A stretch of 64,000 nucleotides of DNA, from the NCBI GenBank assembly GCA_963832375.1, contig CAWHUA010000003.1, positions 206,827 to 270,826 on the forward strand. The letters are read 5' to 3'. The notes below the pieces were generated by a model. That model had not been told where the DNA came from. It ran no database searches and was given only the letters and a program-made list of their open reading frames with translations. The position numbers and the translations under genes were made by a program. The number at the start of each line of letters is the position of its first letter. The stretch's first letter is position 1. The stretch is from Vicinamibacterales bacterium (lineage in GTDB: Bacteria; Acidobacteriota; Vicinamibacteria; Vicinamibacterales; JAMQPK01). This document shows, piece by piece, positions 48,397 to 60,496 of the stretch.

Positions 48397-49089
48397 ATGG
48401 TGTCCGAGCGCATCCTCATCGTCGAAGACGACCCCACACTCCGGCGCGTGCTGCGCGACAACCTGATCTTCGAGGGCTACCGGGTCGAGGCGGTGTCCGA
48501 CGGACAATCGGCGATCAGCTACGTGCGGGCGTCGGCGCCCGATCTCGTGGTGCTCGACCTGACGCTGCCGGATTTCGACGGTCTCGATCTGTGTCCGGTG
48601 CTGCGGCAATCGGGGAAGGTCCCCATCATCATTCTGTCGGCGCGCGGCCAGAAGGCGGACAAGCTGAAGGGGCTCAAGCTGGGCGCCGATGACTACATCA
48701 CCAAGCCCTTCGATCTCCAGGAGCTGTTGGCCCGCATCAACGCCGTGCTGCGACGCTCGCATCCCGCGCTCGAGCGGCTCCTGATCGGCAAGCTCGTCAT
48801 CGACTTCCGGTCGCAGCGCGCCAGTTGCGATCAGACGCCGGTGCACCTGACGCACCGCGAGTTCGAGCTGCTGCGCTATCTCGCGGAGCGCCGCGAGAAG
48901 GTGGTCCACCGCGAGGAGCTGTTGAGGGAAGTCTGGGGCTACGTCGACACGAACGTCACGACGCGCTCGGTCGATCACGCCATCGTGCGGTTGCGGAAGA
49001 AGATCGAGCCGGACCCGCACCATCCGGAGTTCATCCGGACGGTGCACGGGGATGGGTACTGTCTAAGCGCCACCCAGGTACAAGGCTAG
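48397..49089 (+). CDS. OmpR-family response regulator
   Basis: Receiver domain (ILIVEDD...VVLDLTLPDFDG...KPF) plus winged-helix output (LTHREFELLRYL...FIRTVHGDGY). Confidence 0.95.
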   Translation: MVSERILIVEDDPTLRRVLRDNLIFEGYRVEAVSDGQSAISYVRASAPDLVVLDLTLPDFDGLDLCPVLRQSGKVPIIILSARGQKADKLKGLKLGADDYITKPFDLQELLARINAVLRRSHPALERLLIGKLVIDFRSQRASCDQTPVHLTHREFELLRYLAERREKVVHREELLREVWGYVDTNVTTRSVDHAIVRLRKKIEPDPHHPEFIRTVHGDGYCLSATQVQG

Positions 49090-49193
49090 CGAACTGACGC
49101 ACTATTCGCAGATTGGAGATTGGGAGATTGGCAGATTACGGAACCCGTAATCTCACAATCTACCAATCTGCCAATCTACCAATGGTGCGAAGC
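49090..49193. terminator. long imperfect 'word' hairpin between convergent genes (GGAGATTGGGAGATTGGCAGATT words)
   Basis: Apex GATTACGG, loop aac, CCGTAATC. The flanks CGCAGATTGGAGATTGGGAGATTGGCA / CACAATCTACCAATCTGCCAATCTACCAATGG pair imperfectly. Confidence 0.6.
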
Positions 49194-50138
49194 TTATTGA
49201 GGTTGCTCCAATAACGACGTGAACTGATAGCCGCTGATCGCCAGCCGGCACGACGGACCCGGGCCGGCAAATCGCGTCGCGTGCCACGTCGACGGCGGCG
49301 CGTAGACGACGTCCCCTTCGTTCGACGTGAAATCGCCCACCGTCTCGATGTTGTGGCGGATCTGACCCTTCAGAATGACCCACCACTCGGCGGTCCCGAC
49401 GTGGAAGTGCCCTTTGTCGTTGGCGTCGTAGGGCGGCAGGTTCTTCTCGTAACCCCAGATCGCCTGTGCCCACATGTGATCGTCCTGCACCACGTTCTGG
49501 CCGGCGAACTTCGGATCTTTCTCGGCGTCCCAGAGATTGAAGTGCGGCTTGTTGTTGCCCGTGTACGGTGCGGGCGTCGTGTTGATGCCGATCTTCATCA
49601 TCGTGTGGCCCGGCGTCTGCGGCGGCCGGGGATCGGACACCGGCACCAGCGTCTTGAAATTCGCCTGGTTCGCGTCGACCCAGAGCGCCGGCGCGGTGCC
49701 GACGACCTCGGCGGAATACATCGTCTTTTTCGGGATGTTCACGACCGAGCCCCGCTTGGTCAGAATCGGCTCCGGTTGTCCTTCGAGCGTGATGCGCAGT
49801 TCCCCTTCGACCACGACGATGAACTCGCGCGTGTCGGGTCGCATGCGCGGCGTGATCTTCGTGCCGGGTTGCCCCTGGTTGTACGTCGCATGGAAGTTTG
49901 GATCGTCGACGACGACCTCGCTCCAGTTCGCCTGGCCCTTGTGACGCGCCTTCAGATCCGCAAGCTTGATGTGCGCTTTGTTCTTGCCGTACTGGCCGCC
50001 CTTGTCCTTGTTGACCCACCACTGGCGAGGCGGCGACTGGCCGCGGCCTGCTCCGGTTCCCTGCTGGGTATGAACGGCGGACGTCAAACCGAACGAGAGC
50101 GCAACCGTAACCACCATTGCCACGTGCAGACGTCTCAT
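49194..50138 (-). CDS. secreted bicupin-like protein
   Basis: Signal MRRLHVAMVVTVALSFGLTSAVHTQQ. Two cupin-like halves (REFIVVVEGELRITLEGQ...GSVVNIP and HFHVGTAEWWVILKGQIRHNIE...GDVVYAPPSTWH). Confidence 0.65.
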   Translation of the reverse strand: MRRLHVAMVVTVALSFGLTSAVHTQQGTGAGRGQSPPRQWWVNKDKGGQYGKNKAHIKLADLKARHKGQANWSEVVVDDPNFHATYNQGQPGTKITPRMRPDTREFIVVVEGELRITLEGQPEPILTKRGSVVNIPKKTMYSAEVVGTAPALWVDANQANFKTLVPVSDPRPPQTPGHTMMKIGINTTPAPYTGNNKPHFNLWDAEKDPKFAGQNVVQDDHMWAQAIWGYEKNLPPYDANDKGHFHVGTAEWWVILKGQIRHNIETVGDFTSNEGDVVYAPPSTWHATRFAGPGPSCRLAISGYQFTSLLEQPQ

Positions 50139-50182
50139 GGCGAGCTCCTGGAGTGATTGGAAATGTGAGCGAGAGGATACTC

Positions 50183-50249
50183 CGAAAAAGGGGTCGGGAG
50201 GGGTTTTCGATTACTGTGCCGCCGAAAACCCCTCCCGACCCCTTTTTCG
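50183..50249. terminator. perfect 27-bp-arm palindrome: A5, GC-rich stem, U5 bidirectional intrinsic terminator
   Basis: CGAAAAAGGGGTCGGGAGGGGTTTTCG (50183-50209), a 13-nt loop, then the exact reverse complement (50223-50249). Lies 3 nt from the hrpB stop. Confidence 0.8.
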
Positions 50250-50252
50250 TTT

Positions 50253-52583
50253 TCAGCGCCGGCGCGTCGTCCGGTGAGTGGGCGGCGCGGTCCACGGATC
50301 TTCCGGCCACGGGTGTTTCGGATACCGTCCCCTCAACTCCCGGCGCACCTCCGGATACGTGCGCTCCCAGAAGCTGCGCAGATCGCGCGTCGTCTGCACG
50401 GGCCTCCCATTGGGGGCAAGCAGGTGAAACGTCACCGGCACGCGCGCCGGACCAATGATGGGCGACGCCGCGAGGCCGAACAATTCCTGCAGTTTCACCG
50501 ACGCCGACACCGAACCGTCGTCGCCGTACTCGAGCCTCATGCTTCGGCCGCTCGGCACCAGGATCGAGGCGGGGGCACGCTCGTCAAGCGCCCGTTTCAC
50601 ATCGAACGGCAGGTGTGCCTCGATGTCAATCTCGTCGATGGTGCGTGCCGCAGCGGCGGCATTGTGCGCGAGCGCTGCCAGATCCACCTCGCTGCCCGCG
50701 AACCGCAACCGCCGGATCAACAGGGTCGTCGCTTCGTCGTGGCTGCGCGCAAGCCATGCGTCGCCGAGCATCTGTGCCGCAACGGCCGCCTCAACACGAA
50801 CGGGCGTCTCGTTCAACACGATGGCGTCGTAGCGCTCGACGCGCGCCGCGCGCACCCGCCCGCTCTCGGTGTCGAAGCGATGCTCGACCTCGGTGGAGGC
50901 CGCCTGAATCCATGCGGCGTCCACCGGACTCGCCGCACGAATTCTTGCTTCGCTGATGCGGTCGCGCTCGGCCGCCACGAGGTCGAGCGCCACGATGTAC
51001 TCGGCGTCGCCCATGTCGCACTCGCGGGCGAGCACCGCACCATGCCCGGTGGCGAGCACGAATCGCTCGCGTGCGTTGGCCCTGCGCTTTGCAAGCCGAT
51101 CGGCATAGCCCGTAAAGATCGCGTGGCGCAGTTCCTCGTCAGAGATGTGCGCGGCAACCTCGCCCTCGATCGCACGGCTCGCAATTCGCCTCAACTCCTG
51201 GGCCAGGCCCAACACGCCCATCGCATCCGCCTTCGCGCTCCTCTCCATATCGCTTCGGCGCGACAGGACTCTCGCACTCAACGCACCTGTACCCAACTCG
51301 GCACAAACACTCGCCACTTCAGGCGCGCCTCTACCATCGAGAAGAATGCGTGCGAGGCGCGGATGCAGCGGAATACGCTGAAGCTGTCGACCAAGCGTGG
51401 AGATGTGCGCCTCTTTGTCGATCGCGCCAAGACGCTCGAGCAGGCGAAGCGCCGCCTGGACGCGATCGTCCGATGGCGCTTCGAACCATTCGAAAGACAA
51501 CGGGCTGGCGCCCCATGCCAGGACGTCGAGGACGGGCCCCGCGAGATCGACCCGCGCAATCTCAGGCTCGCGATGGGGCCGCAGCCGCGCGCGGGCATCC
51601 CACAACCGGCGCACGATGCCCGGTCCCAGCCTGGCTGCGCGCCCGGCGCGCTGGTCGGCCGAATCGGTGGTCACCCGCTCGAGCGTCAGCGAGTCGATGC
51701 CCCGTTCCGCGTCGTAGCGCGCCACCTTGACCAACCCCGTGTCGACCACCGCCGAAACGCCGGGTACAGTGAGCGACGTCTCGGCGATATTGGTCGCCAG
51801 CACGATGCGTCGTCGCTCGACCGCCGCGATGGCGGCATCCTGCGCATCGCCGTCGAGCGATCCGTGCAGCGTCACGAGCTCGACCCCTTTGGACGCGGCC
51901 AGGCCCGACAGATCGGTGCGCGCGCGCTCGATCTCGCGCGCGCCCGGAAGAAAACAGAGCACCTGTCCGGCCGTTCTCCCCAGCAACCGGCTCGCCGCGT
52001 CGGCCACCGATTCCCCATCGGCATGTTCGATCGTCAGCGGATGGCTCGCGCCGGGCACTTGTATGACGGCGGCATCTCCAAGAAATGCCGCAACGGGCTC
52101 GGTGTCGAGGGTCGCCGACATGACGACCAGGCGCAGATCGTCGCGGGCCCGCCACGTCTGCCGCGCGAGCGCGAGACCCAGATCGGCGTGGATGCTTCGT
52201 TCGTGGAACTCGTCGAGGATGATGGTCGCGAACTCTGACAGCAGCGGGTCCTGCTGCAGGCGCGCGGTCAGGATGCCTTCGGTGACAACGAGCAGCCGCG
52301 TCTCCCGGCTGAAGCGCCGTTCGAACCTGATCTGCCAGCCGACTTCGCGGCCGATCGACCACCCTCGCTCGACGGCGATGCGGCGGGCGACCGCGCGGGC
52401 CGCGAGACGCCGCGGTTGCAGCAGGATGACGGGGCCGGCATCGATGAGAGCCGGCGGAATGCGCGTGGTCTTGCCGGCGCCAGGCGAAGCCGACAGCACA
52501 ACCGCCCTCCGGCGCCGAAGCGTCTCGTGAACCTCGGCGACGTGCCCGTCAATTGGTAGCGATGGAAGCGGCAGTAAAGCCAC
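50253..52583 (-). CDS. hrpB: ATP-dependent RNA helicase HrpB (DEAH-box)
   Basis: SASPGAGKTT, ILDEFHERS, SAT and later helicase motifs, plus an HrpB-type C-terminal region. Start set at the GTG (VALLPLPSLPIDGHV), analogous to the E. coli N-terminus. The longer ORF overlaps the upstream gene. Confidence 0.85.
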   Translation of the reverse strand: MALLPLPSLPIDGHVAEVHETLRRRRAVVLSASPGAGKTTRIPPALIDAGPVILLQPRRLAARAVARRIAVERGWSIGREVGWQIRFERRFSRETRLLVVTEGILTARLQQDPLLSEFATIILDEFHERSIHADLGLALARQTWRARDDLRLVVMSATLDTEPVAAFLGDAAVIQVPGASHPLTIEHADGESVADAASRLLGRTAGQVLCFLPGAREIERARTDLSGLAASKGVELVTLHGSLDGDAQDAAIAAVERRRIVLATNIAETSLTVPGVSAVVDTGLVKVARYDAERGIDSLTLERVTTDSADQRAGRAARLGPGIVRRLWDARARLRPHREPEIARVDLAGPVLDVLAWGASPLSFEWFEAPSDDRVQAALRLLERLGAIDKEAHISTLGRQLQRIPLHPRLARILLDGRGAPEVASVCAELGTGALSARVLSRRSDMERSAKADAMGVLGLAQELRRIASRAIEGEVAAHISDEELRHAIFTGYADRLAKRRANARERFVLATGHGAVLARECDMGDAEYIVALDLVAAERDRISEARIRAASPVDAAWIQAASTEVEHRFDTESGRVRAARVERYDAIVLNETPVRVEAAVAAQMLGDAWLARSHDEATTLLIRRLRFAGSEVDLAALAHNAAAAARTIDEIDIEAHLPFDVKRALDERAPASILVPSGRSMRLEYGDDGSVSASVKLQELFGLAASPIIGPARVPVTFHLLAPNGRPVQTTRDLRSFWERTYPEVRRELRGRYPKHPWPEDPWTAPPTHRTTRRR

Positions 52584-54610
52584 GTGCGTCGAGGAGCGCC
52601 TGTACCTCCGGATCGCGGCCGCGGAACCGGCGATAGGCTTCGGCGCGATCGATCGAATTGCCGTCCGACAGGATGTGCGTGCGCAGGCGCTCGTTGACAC
52701 CCGCGTCCCAGGGTCCGCCGCCTTCGACAAACGCCTGCCACGCATCGGCGGCCATCACGTCGGACCACAGATAGCTGTAGTAGCCGGCCGAATACCAGTC
52801 GTTGCCGAAGAGATGATCGAAGTTTGGCAGGCGATGGCGCATGGCGATCTCACGCGGCATGCCGCCGATTCTTCCCAGCGCCTCTTTCTCGAACACCGTC
52901 ATGTCCTCGACGCCGTCAGGACGCATGTGCAGGTCCATGTCGACGATGGCCGACGCCAGGTACTCGAGCGTGGAGTATCCCTGATTGAACTTGTGCGCGC
53001 GCTCGATCTTCTCGACGAGCGCCTGAGGCATGGGATCGCCCGTCCGGCAATGGCGCGCGAACCGATCGAGGAGCTCCCGGGTCAGCAGCCAGCGCTCGTT
53101 GAGCTGCGATGGCAGCTCGACGTAGTCCATCGGCGTCGTCGAAAGCCCGGGGTATCGGACGTCCTGCAGCATCATGTGCAGCGCGTGACCGAATTCGTGG
53201 AACAGCGTCTCCGCGTCGGTCAGCGAGATGAGCGCGGGCTCTCCCGGCGCTCCCTTCACGAAGTTGTTGTTGATCGACTCGATGCACGTCACGGGCCCGT
53301 CGAACGTGTGCTGAGACCGGTAGCTGGTCTCCCACGCCCCCGAGCGCTTTCCCGCCCGGGCGAAGTTGTCAAGATAAAAAACAGCCCGATGCCGTCCCGT
53401 CGCCTTGTCGCTCACTTCCCACACGCGCAGATCCGGGTGATAGACGGGAACGGTGCCCGTGATTTCCTTGAAGGCGATGCCGAACCGGCGCTCCGCCGAC
53501 CACAGCGCCGCCGACACCATGTTGTCGAGCTGCAGGTACGGCTTGATTTCCGCTTCGTCGAGGTCGTACTTCGCCTTGCGCACCTTCTCGGCGAAATACA
53601 GGTAGTCCCACGGTTCTATCGTGATGCCCGGCTGCTCGCGGCTCGCGAGCGTCTGCATGTCGGCCACTTCGTCGCGAACCCGCGCGACGACGAAGGGCCA
53701 GACCTTCAGCAGGAAGCTCTGGGCCACGGCGGGATCGACCGCCATCGTGTCCTGCATGCGCCAGTGCGCGTGGCTCTTGAAACCGAGAAGCCTCGCCCGC
53801 TCCGCTCGGAGCCTGACAATGTCGGCGATGATTGCCCTGGTGTCGTTGGCGTCGCCGTTGTCGCCGCGGCTCTTGAATTTCTTCCAGACGATCTCGCGAA
53901 GACGCCGCTCGGTCGAGAACGTGAGAAACGGGTCGACGCTCGATCGGGTGTTCACGATGGCCCACGACCCGTCGAGGCCGCGCTCTTCGGCCGCGGTCTT
54001 CGCGGCAGCCGCGACCGACGCGGGAAGCCCGCCGAGATCGGATTCTCGGTCGAGCACGATCCACGTGTTCTCGTCGGCGAGCACCTTGGCGCGGAACTCC
54101 GCGAATCGAGCCGCAAGCTCCTGGTTGATGGCCGACAGACGTGCTTTCTGGTCCGCGTTCAGCTTCGCGCCTCGCCGCACGAAGTGTTCGTAGACGCGCG
54201 TCGCCAGCCGCACCTGATCGGGATCCAGATTGGAGGCCGGCAGGCCCTGGTAGACGGCTTCAATCCGCTTGAACAGGGCGGTATTGAAAACGATGTCGTC
54301 GGCGGCCCGTGCGAGCTTCGGCTGCCACTCGGTACTCGAGCGCCTGATACTCGGGGTTGGTGACGTTCTCGCGCGCCACGCCGAACATCCGCTCGACGCG
54401 ATCGAGCGTGCGCCCCACGCATTCCATGGCAACCAGCGTGTTTTCGAAGGTCGGTGGCTCGGGGCCGGCGGCGATCTGGTCGATTTCCCGCTGCTGCTCG
54501 GCAATCGCCGATGCCAGAGCATCGGGAAAATATGCGGGGGTCATCTGGTCCCATGGCGGCACCCCGCCATACGGGCCTGGCCACGGAGCGGTGAGGGGAT
54601 TGGCACGCAT
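52549..54610 (-). CDS. dcp: M3-family peptidyl-dipeptidase/oligopeptidase (Dcp-like); frame broken by a 1-nt indel near 54329-54337
   Basis: Zinc motif LFHEFGHALHMML. N-terminal ORF (MRANPLTAPWPGPYGGVPPW...NPEYQALE) and the main ORF join as ...YQALEYEWQPKLARAADDIVFN... if one C is dropped from TACCGAG. Confidence 0.8.
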
Positions 54611-54629
54611 GCGAATCGCCGATTGTACC

Positions 54630-55274
54630 TCAGCCGGGCGATCGCCCCCGCGACAGCACCCACATCGCTTCACAGCGCGCGCACGCGAAATAGACTTCGC
54701 TGGCGGTGCGGCGAACCGTCGTGACGTGCGTGTCGGTCGAACAATATGTGCAGTAGGGCGTCGTCACCCTGGCGACCGACCGCCGGTCGGCAGAGTCGGG
54801 ACGCACGGCCGCGCGCCGATCGAGCCGCGGCGCGCCGGCAACCGCCGAGCCGGCCTCACTCCACTCGTGACCGCACACCGGACAACTAAGTGTAGTCAGC
54901 TTCACACTGCGGTACATGATGACCGTCTCGGTCGCCAGACATCGAGGACAGGGATGGAGGATCGTCGCGACCGTTCGCGGCTCCGGCCGGCGCCGATCGT
55001 GGGGCTCGGGCTGCGTCGCGGAATGCTCGGCGATCGATTTCTCGCCGAGCACGCGGCAGTACGGCGACATGCCGCGAACCTGACACAGCAGCACGCGGCC
55101 ATCCTCGATCGTCAACTGCAGCAGCTCGCCGTCCTGCGCCTGTGGAGGTGACTCCAGCTCCACAACCGTACCGGGTTTGTTCGTCAGCCCGACATGGATT
55201 TCGTAGTGCGTGCTGCCGAGATCGCGCTGTCCGGACCGCAGGTCGCCATTACCTGAGGTGGATTGATGAGACAC
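54630..55274 (-). CDS. hypothetical protein with two DRR-motif + zinc-ribbon modules
   Basis: HDRRRPEPR...CPRC-x19-CPVCGHEW and LDRRAAVRPDSADRR...CTYC-x20-CARCEAMW; 214 aa. Confidence 0.5.
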   Translation of the reverse strand: MSHQSTSGNGDLRSGQRDLGSTHYEIHVGLTNKPGTVVELESPPQAQDGELLQLTIEDGRVLLCQVRGMSPYCRVLGEKSIAEHSATQPEPHDRRRPEPRTVATILHPCPRCLATETVIMYRSVKLTTLSCPVCGHEWSEAGSAVAGAPRLDRRAAVRPDSADRRSVARVTTPYCTYCSTDTHVTTVRRTASEVYFACARCEAMWVLSRGRSPG

Positions 55275-55316
55275 ACCCGTCCTCCGGCGTGCATCTGTTG
55301 CAACCCGAAGGCCACG

Positions 55317-58383
<3,067 letters not shown>

Positions 58384-58452
58384 TCGCGCCGGACGTGCGT
58401 GCTATGATTTTCGTTCGAACCCTGCCGCGACGAAGCGGCAGCGCGACGTCGG

Positions 58453-58526
58453 GCGCCCGTAGCTCAGTTGGATAGAGCGACTGGCTTCGAACCAGTAGGC
58501 CGCAGGTTCGAGTCCTGCCGGGCGCA
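58453..58526 (+). tRNA. tRNA-Arg (anticodon TCG), CCA not encoded
   Basis: Manual fold: acceptor GCGCCCG/CGGGCGC, D arm GCTC-AGTTGGATA-GAGC, anticodon arm ACTGG-CTTCGAA-CCAGT, T arm GCAGG-TTCGAGT-CCTGC, discriminator A. Confidence 0.9.
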
Positions 58527-58673
58527 CTTAATGTGAATCTGGAAGTAAAAGTGGAAAGTTGAAAAGTAAAAAGGCGAAAGTGAAAAGGAAAAGGTAAGAT
58601 TAACTTCTTACTTCACTTTTCACTTTCTACTTTCTACTTTTTACTCTTTACTTTTTACTTTCGAGTCCCACCC
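58527..58673. repeat. purine-word / pyrimidine-word long imperfect hairpin between the two tRNA-Arg genes
   Basis: GGAAGTAAAAGTGGAAAGTTGAAAAGTAAAAAGGCGAAAGTGAAAAGGAAAAGGTAAG, loop attaa, CTTCTTACTTCACTTTTCACTTTCTACTTTCTACTTTTTACTCTTTACTTTTTACTTTC. Confidence 0.8.
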
Positions 58674-58750
58674 GCGCCCGTAGCTCAGCTGGATAGAGCG
58701 ACAGCCTCCGGAGCTGTAGGCCACAGGTTCGAATCCTGTCGGGCGCACCA
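58674..58750 (+). tRNA. tRNA-Arg (anticodon CCG), CCA encoded; integration target
   Basis: Manual fold: acceptor GCGCCCG/CGGGCGC, anticodon arm ACAGC-CTCCGGA-GCTGT, T arm ACAGG-TTCGAAT-CCTGT, ACCA end. Confidence 0.9.
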
Positions 58751-60496
58751 ACCCTTTCTCATCGCCGCCGCCTCGAGCAATCGGCCATAATCGCCCTCGC
58801 CCATCTCCTCCGGTCCAATGTCCTCCGTGCCTGCACGATCGCCTGGGTCCAGCGACGCCGGGCGCGGCGTGGCAATGCCGGTAAACAGTCTGTCGAAGCG
58901 CGTCATCGCCTCGAATTCATACCCGTCAATCTCGCCGCTCACGACATTCCGATGAGGCGTGAAAATGATCCGACCGCGCAGCAGGCGCTGCAGTACCGTG
59001 CGGCCCTGGGTCACCGATGCCCGCAGCAAACGCCGCCATTCCGCGAGGCGGTTCTCTATGAGCGCGGGTGCGAGGCGTGGCAGGGGTCTGAGGCCGCGCA
59101 GGTCCTCGGCAATGGCGATCCTCCGCGTTTCCAATGCGCGCACTTTCGCCACCAGGGACATGGCCTCGCCACCGGTCTCGATGGCGGCCACGAGCCGGGC
59201 GATGCGCGTGGAAATGTCCGCCGCCTCCCGTGCTAACGCCGTTTGCTGTTCCGCCACGTCGTCGCGCTCGGTCAAGCTGATGACCTGATCAATCGCCTCG
59301 GGCGTCAGGGCGTGTTCTTCGATCGCCTGCAGCACCGCTTCGTTCATCGTGTCCAACGGCACGCGCAGCGTATTGGCGCAGGAGCCGTTGTTCCGTCTGC
59401 GGTGACAAATGTAGAAGCTGAACCGGCCTTTCCTCGTGTTGGAATGGTCGATGATGAGGCCGCCGCCGCAGATGCCGCACGTGGCAAGGCCGGCGAGCAG
59501 ATTCTGGGCGGCGTGCTTGGGCGGGCGCCCGGACATACGGCCTGAGGCAAAGCGCATCGTGCGGCCCTCGGCGTCCGTGCGCCGGGCGGCGACGCGCTCC
59601 CAGAGTTCCTTCGTGATAATGCGCAGCTCTTTGACCTCCGTGCGCAGCCATTCCCCTTCTGGTCTTCGCTGCGGGTCGAGCTTGCCCCAGGAGCTTTTCT
59701 TGCGCGTCTTGTTCCAGATGACGACGCCGCGATAGGTCTCGCGCTTGAGCACGTCGCGCACGGTCGACGAGGCCCAGCCCCTATGCGGCAGCAGGCCATC
59801 CTTGCGCAGCGGTGGTTTCGGCTGCGCCGCACCCTCCTGCGTGAGGAGCGTGGCGATCCGTTTGAGGCCATACCCCTCGTCATAGAGCGTGAAGATACGT
59901 TCCACCACGGCAGCCTCGTCTGGGTCGATGACCCGTTCGACGTGCGAGCGTAGGGGGCGGCCGTGGGTATCCACGCCGTTGAACACGTCCTGGTTGCGAT
60001 AGCCGAACACACGCCCGCCGACGACGTAGCCCTTCAGGTGTTTGCTGGTATGCGCTTCGTGCACCTGCTGTGATGACTTTTCGCGGTGCTGCTCGTCGGT
60101 GAACCCCTGCAGGGCACCCATGGCTTTGTCCATGGCGTTTTTCGGCGTGAGGGATTTGCCGTGGGCGTATTCGAAGATTTCCACGCCGGCCTCGGCCAGT
60201 TGCTTGATGGCGTAGTTCGTTTCATACGACTCGCGGCCCAGCCGAGCAAGGTCACGAACGATGAGCACCTGAAAGGGCGCCGTCCGGTGCAGCGCGCCCA
60301 TCATCCTTTGGAATGCCGGTCGTGCCTCAAATTCGGCACCCGAGATCTTGTCATCGATATACACGTGTGTATCGGCCACCGCCCATCCTCGGGCGGTGGC
60401 AAAGGCACGTGCGCCTTCCTCCTGTTGCGTGACCGAGAGGGCTTTCGCACGGCCCTTCTGCTCGGTGGATTTTCTCGCGTAGATGGCAGCAATCAT
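58685..60496 (-). CDS. large serine recombinase (integrase candidate)
   Basis: N-terminal resolvase catalytic motif IAAIYARKSTEQ, recombinase domain, zinc-ribbon CGICGGGL...FYICHRRRNNGSC, coiled-coil region. The last 22 codons (GWCARQDSNLWPTAPEAVALSS) are antisense tRNA-Arg. Confidence 0.9.
   Translation of the reverse strand: MIAAIYARKSTEQKGRAKALSVTQQEEGARAFATARGWAVADTHVYIDDKISGAEFEARPAFQRMMGALHRTAPFQVLIVRDLARLGRESYETNYAIKQLAEAGVEIFEYAHGKSLTPKNAMDKAMGALQGFTDEQHREKSSQQVHEAHTSKHLKGYVVGGRVFGYRNQDVFNGVDTHGRPLRSHVERVIDPDEAAVVERIFTLYDEGYGLKRIATLLTQEGAAQPKPPLRKDGLLPHRGWASSTVRDVLKRETYRGVVIWNKTRKKSSWGKLDPQRRPEGEWLRTEVKELRIITKELWERVAARRTDAEGRTMRFASGRMSGRPPKHAAQNLLAGLATCGICGGGLIIDHSNTRKGRFSFYICHRRRNNGSCANTLRVPLDTMNEAVLQAIEEHALTPEAIDQVISLTERDDVAEQQTALAREAADISTRIARLVAAIETGGEAMSLVAKVRALETRRIAIAEDLRGLRPLPRLAPALIENRLAEWRRLLRASVTQGRTVLQRLLRGRIIFTPHRNVVSGEIDGYEFEAMTRFDRLFTGIATPRPASLDPGDRAGTEDIGPEEMGEGDYGRLLEAAAMRKGWCARQDSNLWPTAPEAVALSS

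Noticed and set aside
52584-52745. 54-codon N-terminal extension of hrpB
   Set aside because: It overlaps the 3' end of the peptidase gene and has no helicase similarity. A GTG at 52583 gives an N-terminus colinear with known HrpB.
58527-58673. Possible CRISPR array (also considered for 34270-34448 and 37213-37380)
   Set aside because: There is no constant repeat alternating with unique spacers. The units are 6-11-nt degenerate words arranged as inverted arms, and no cas genes are present.
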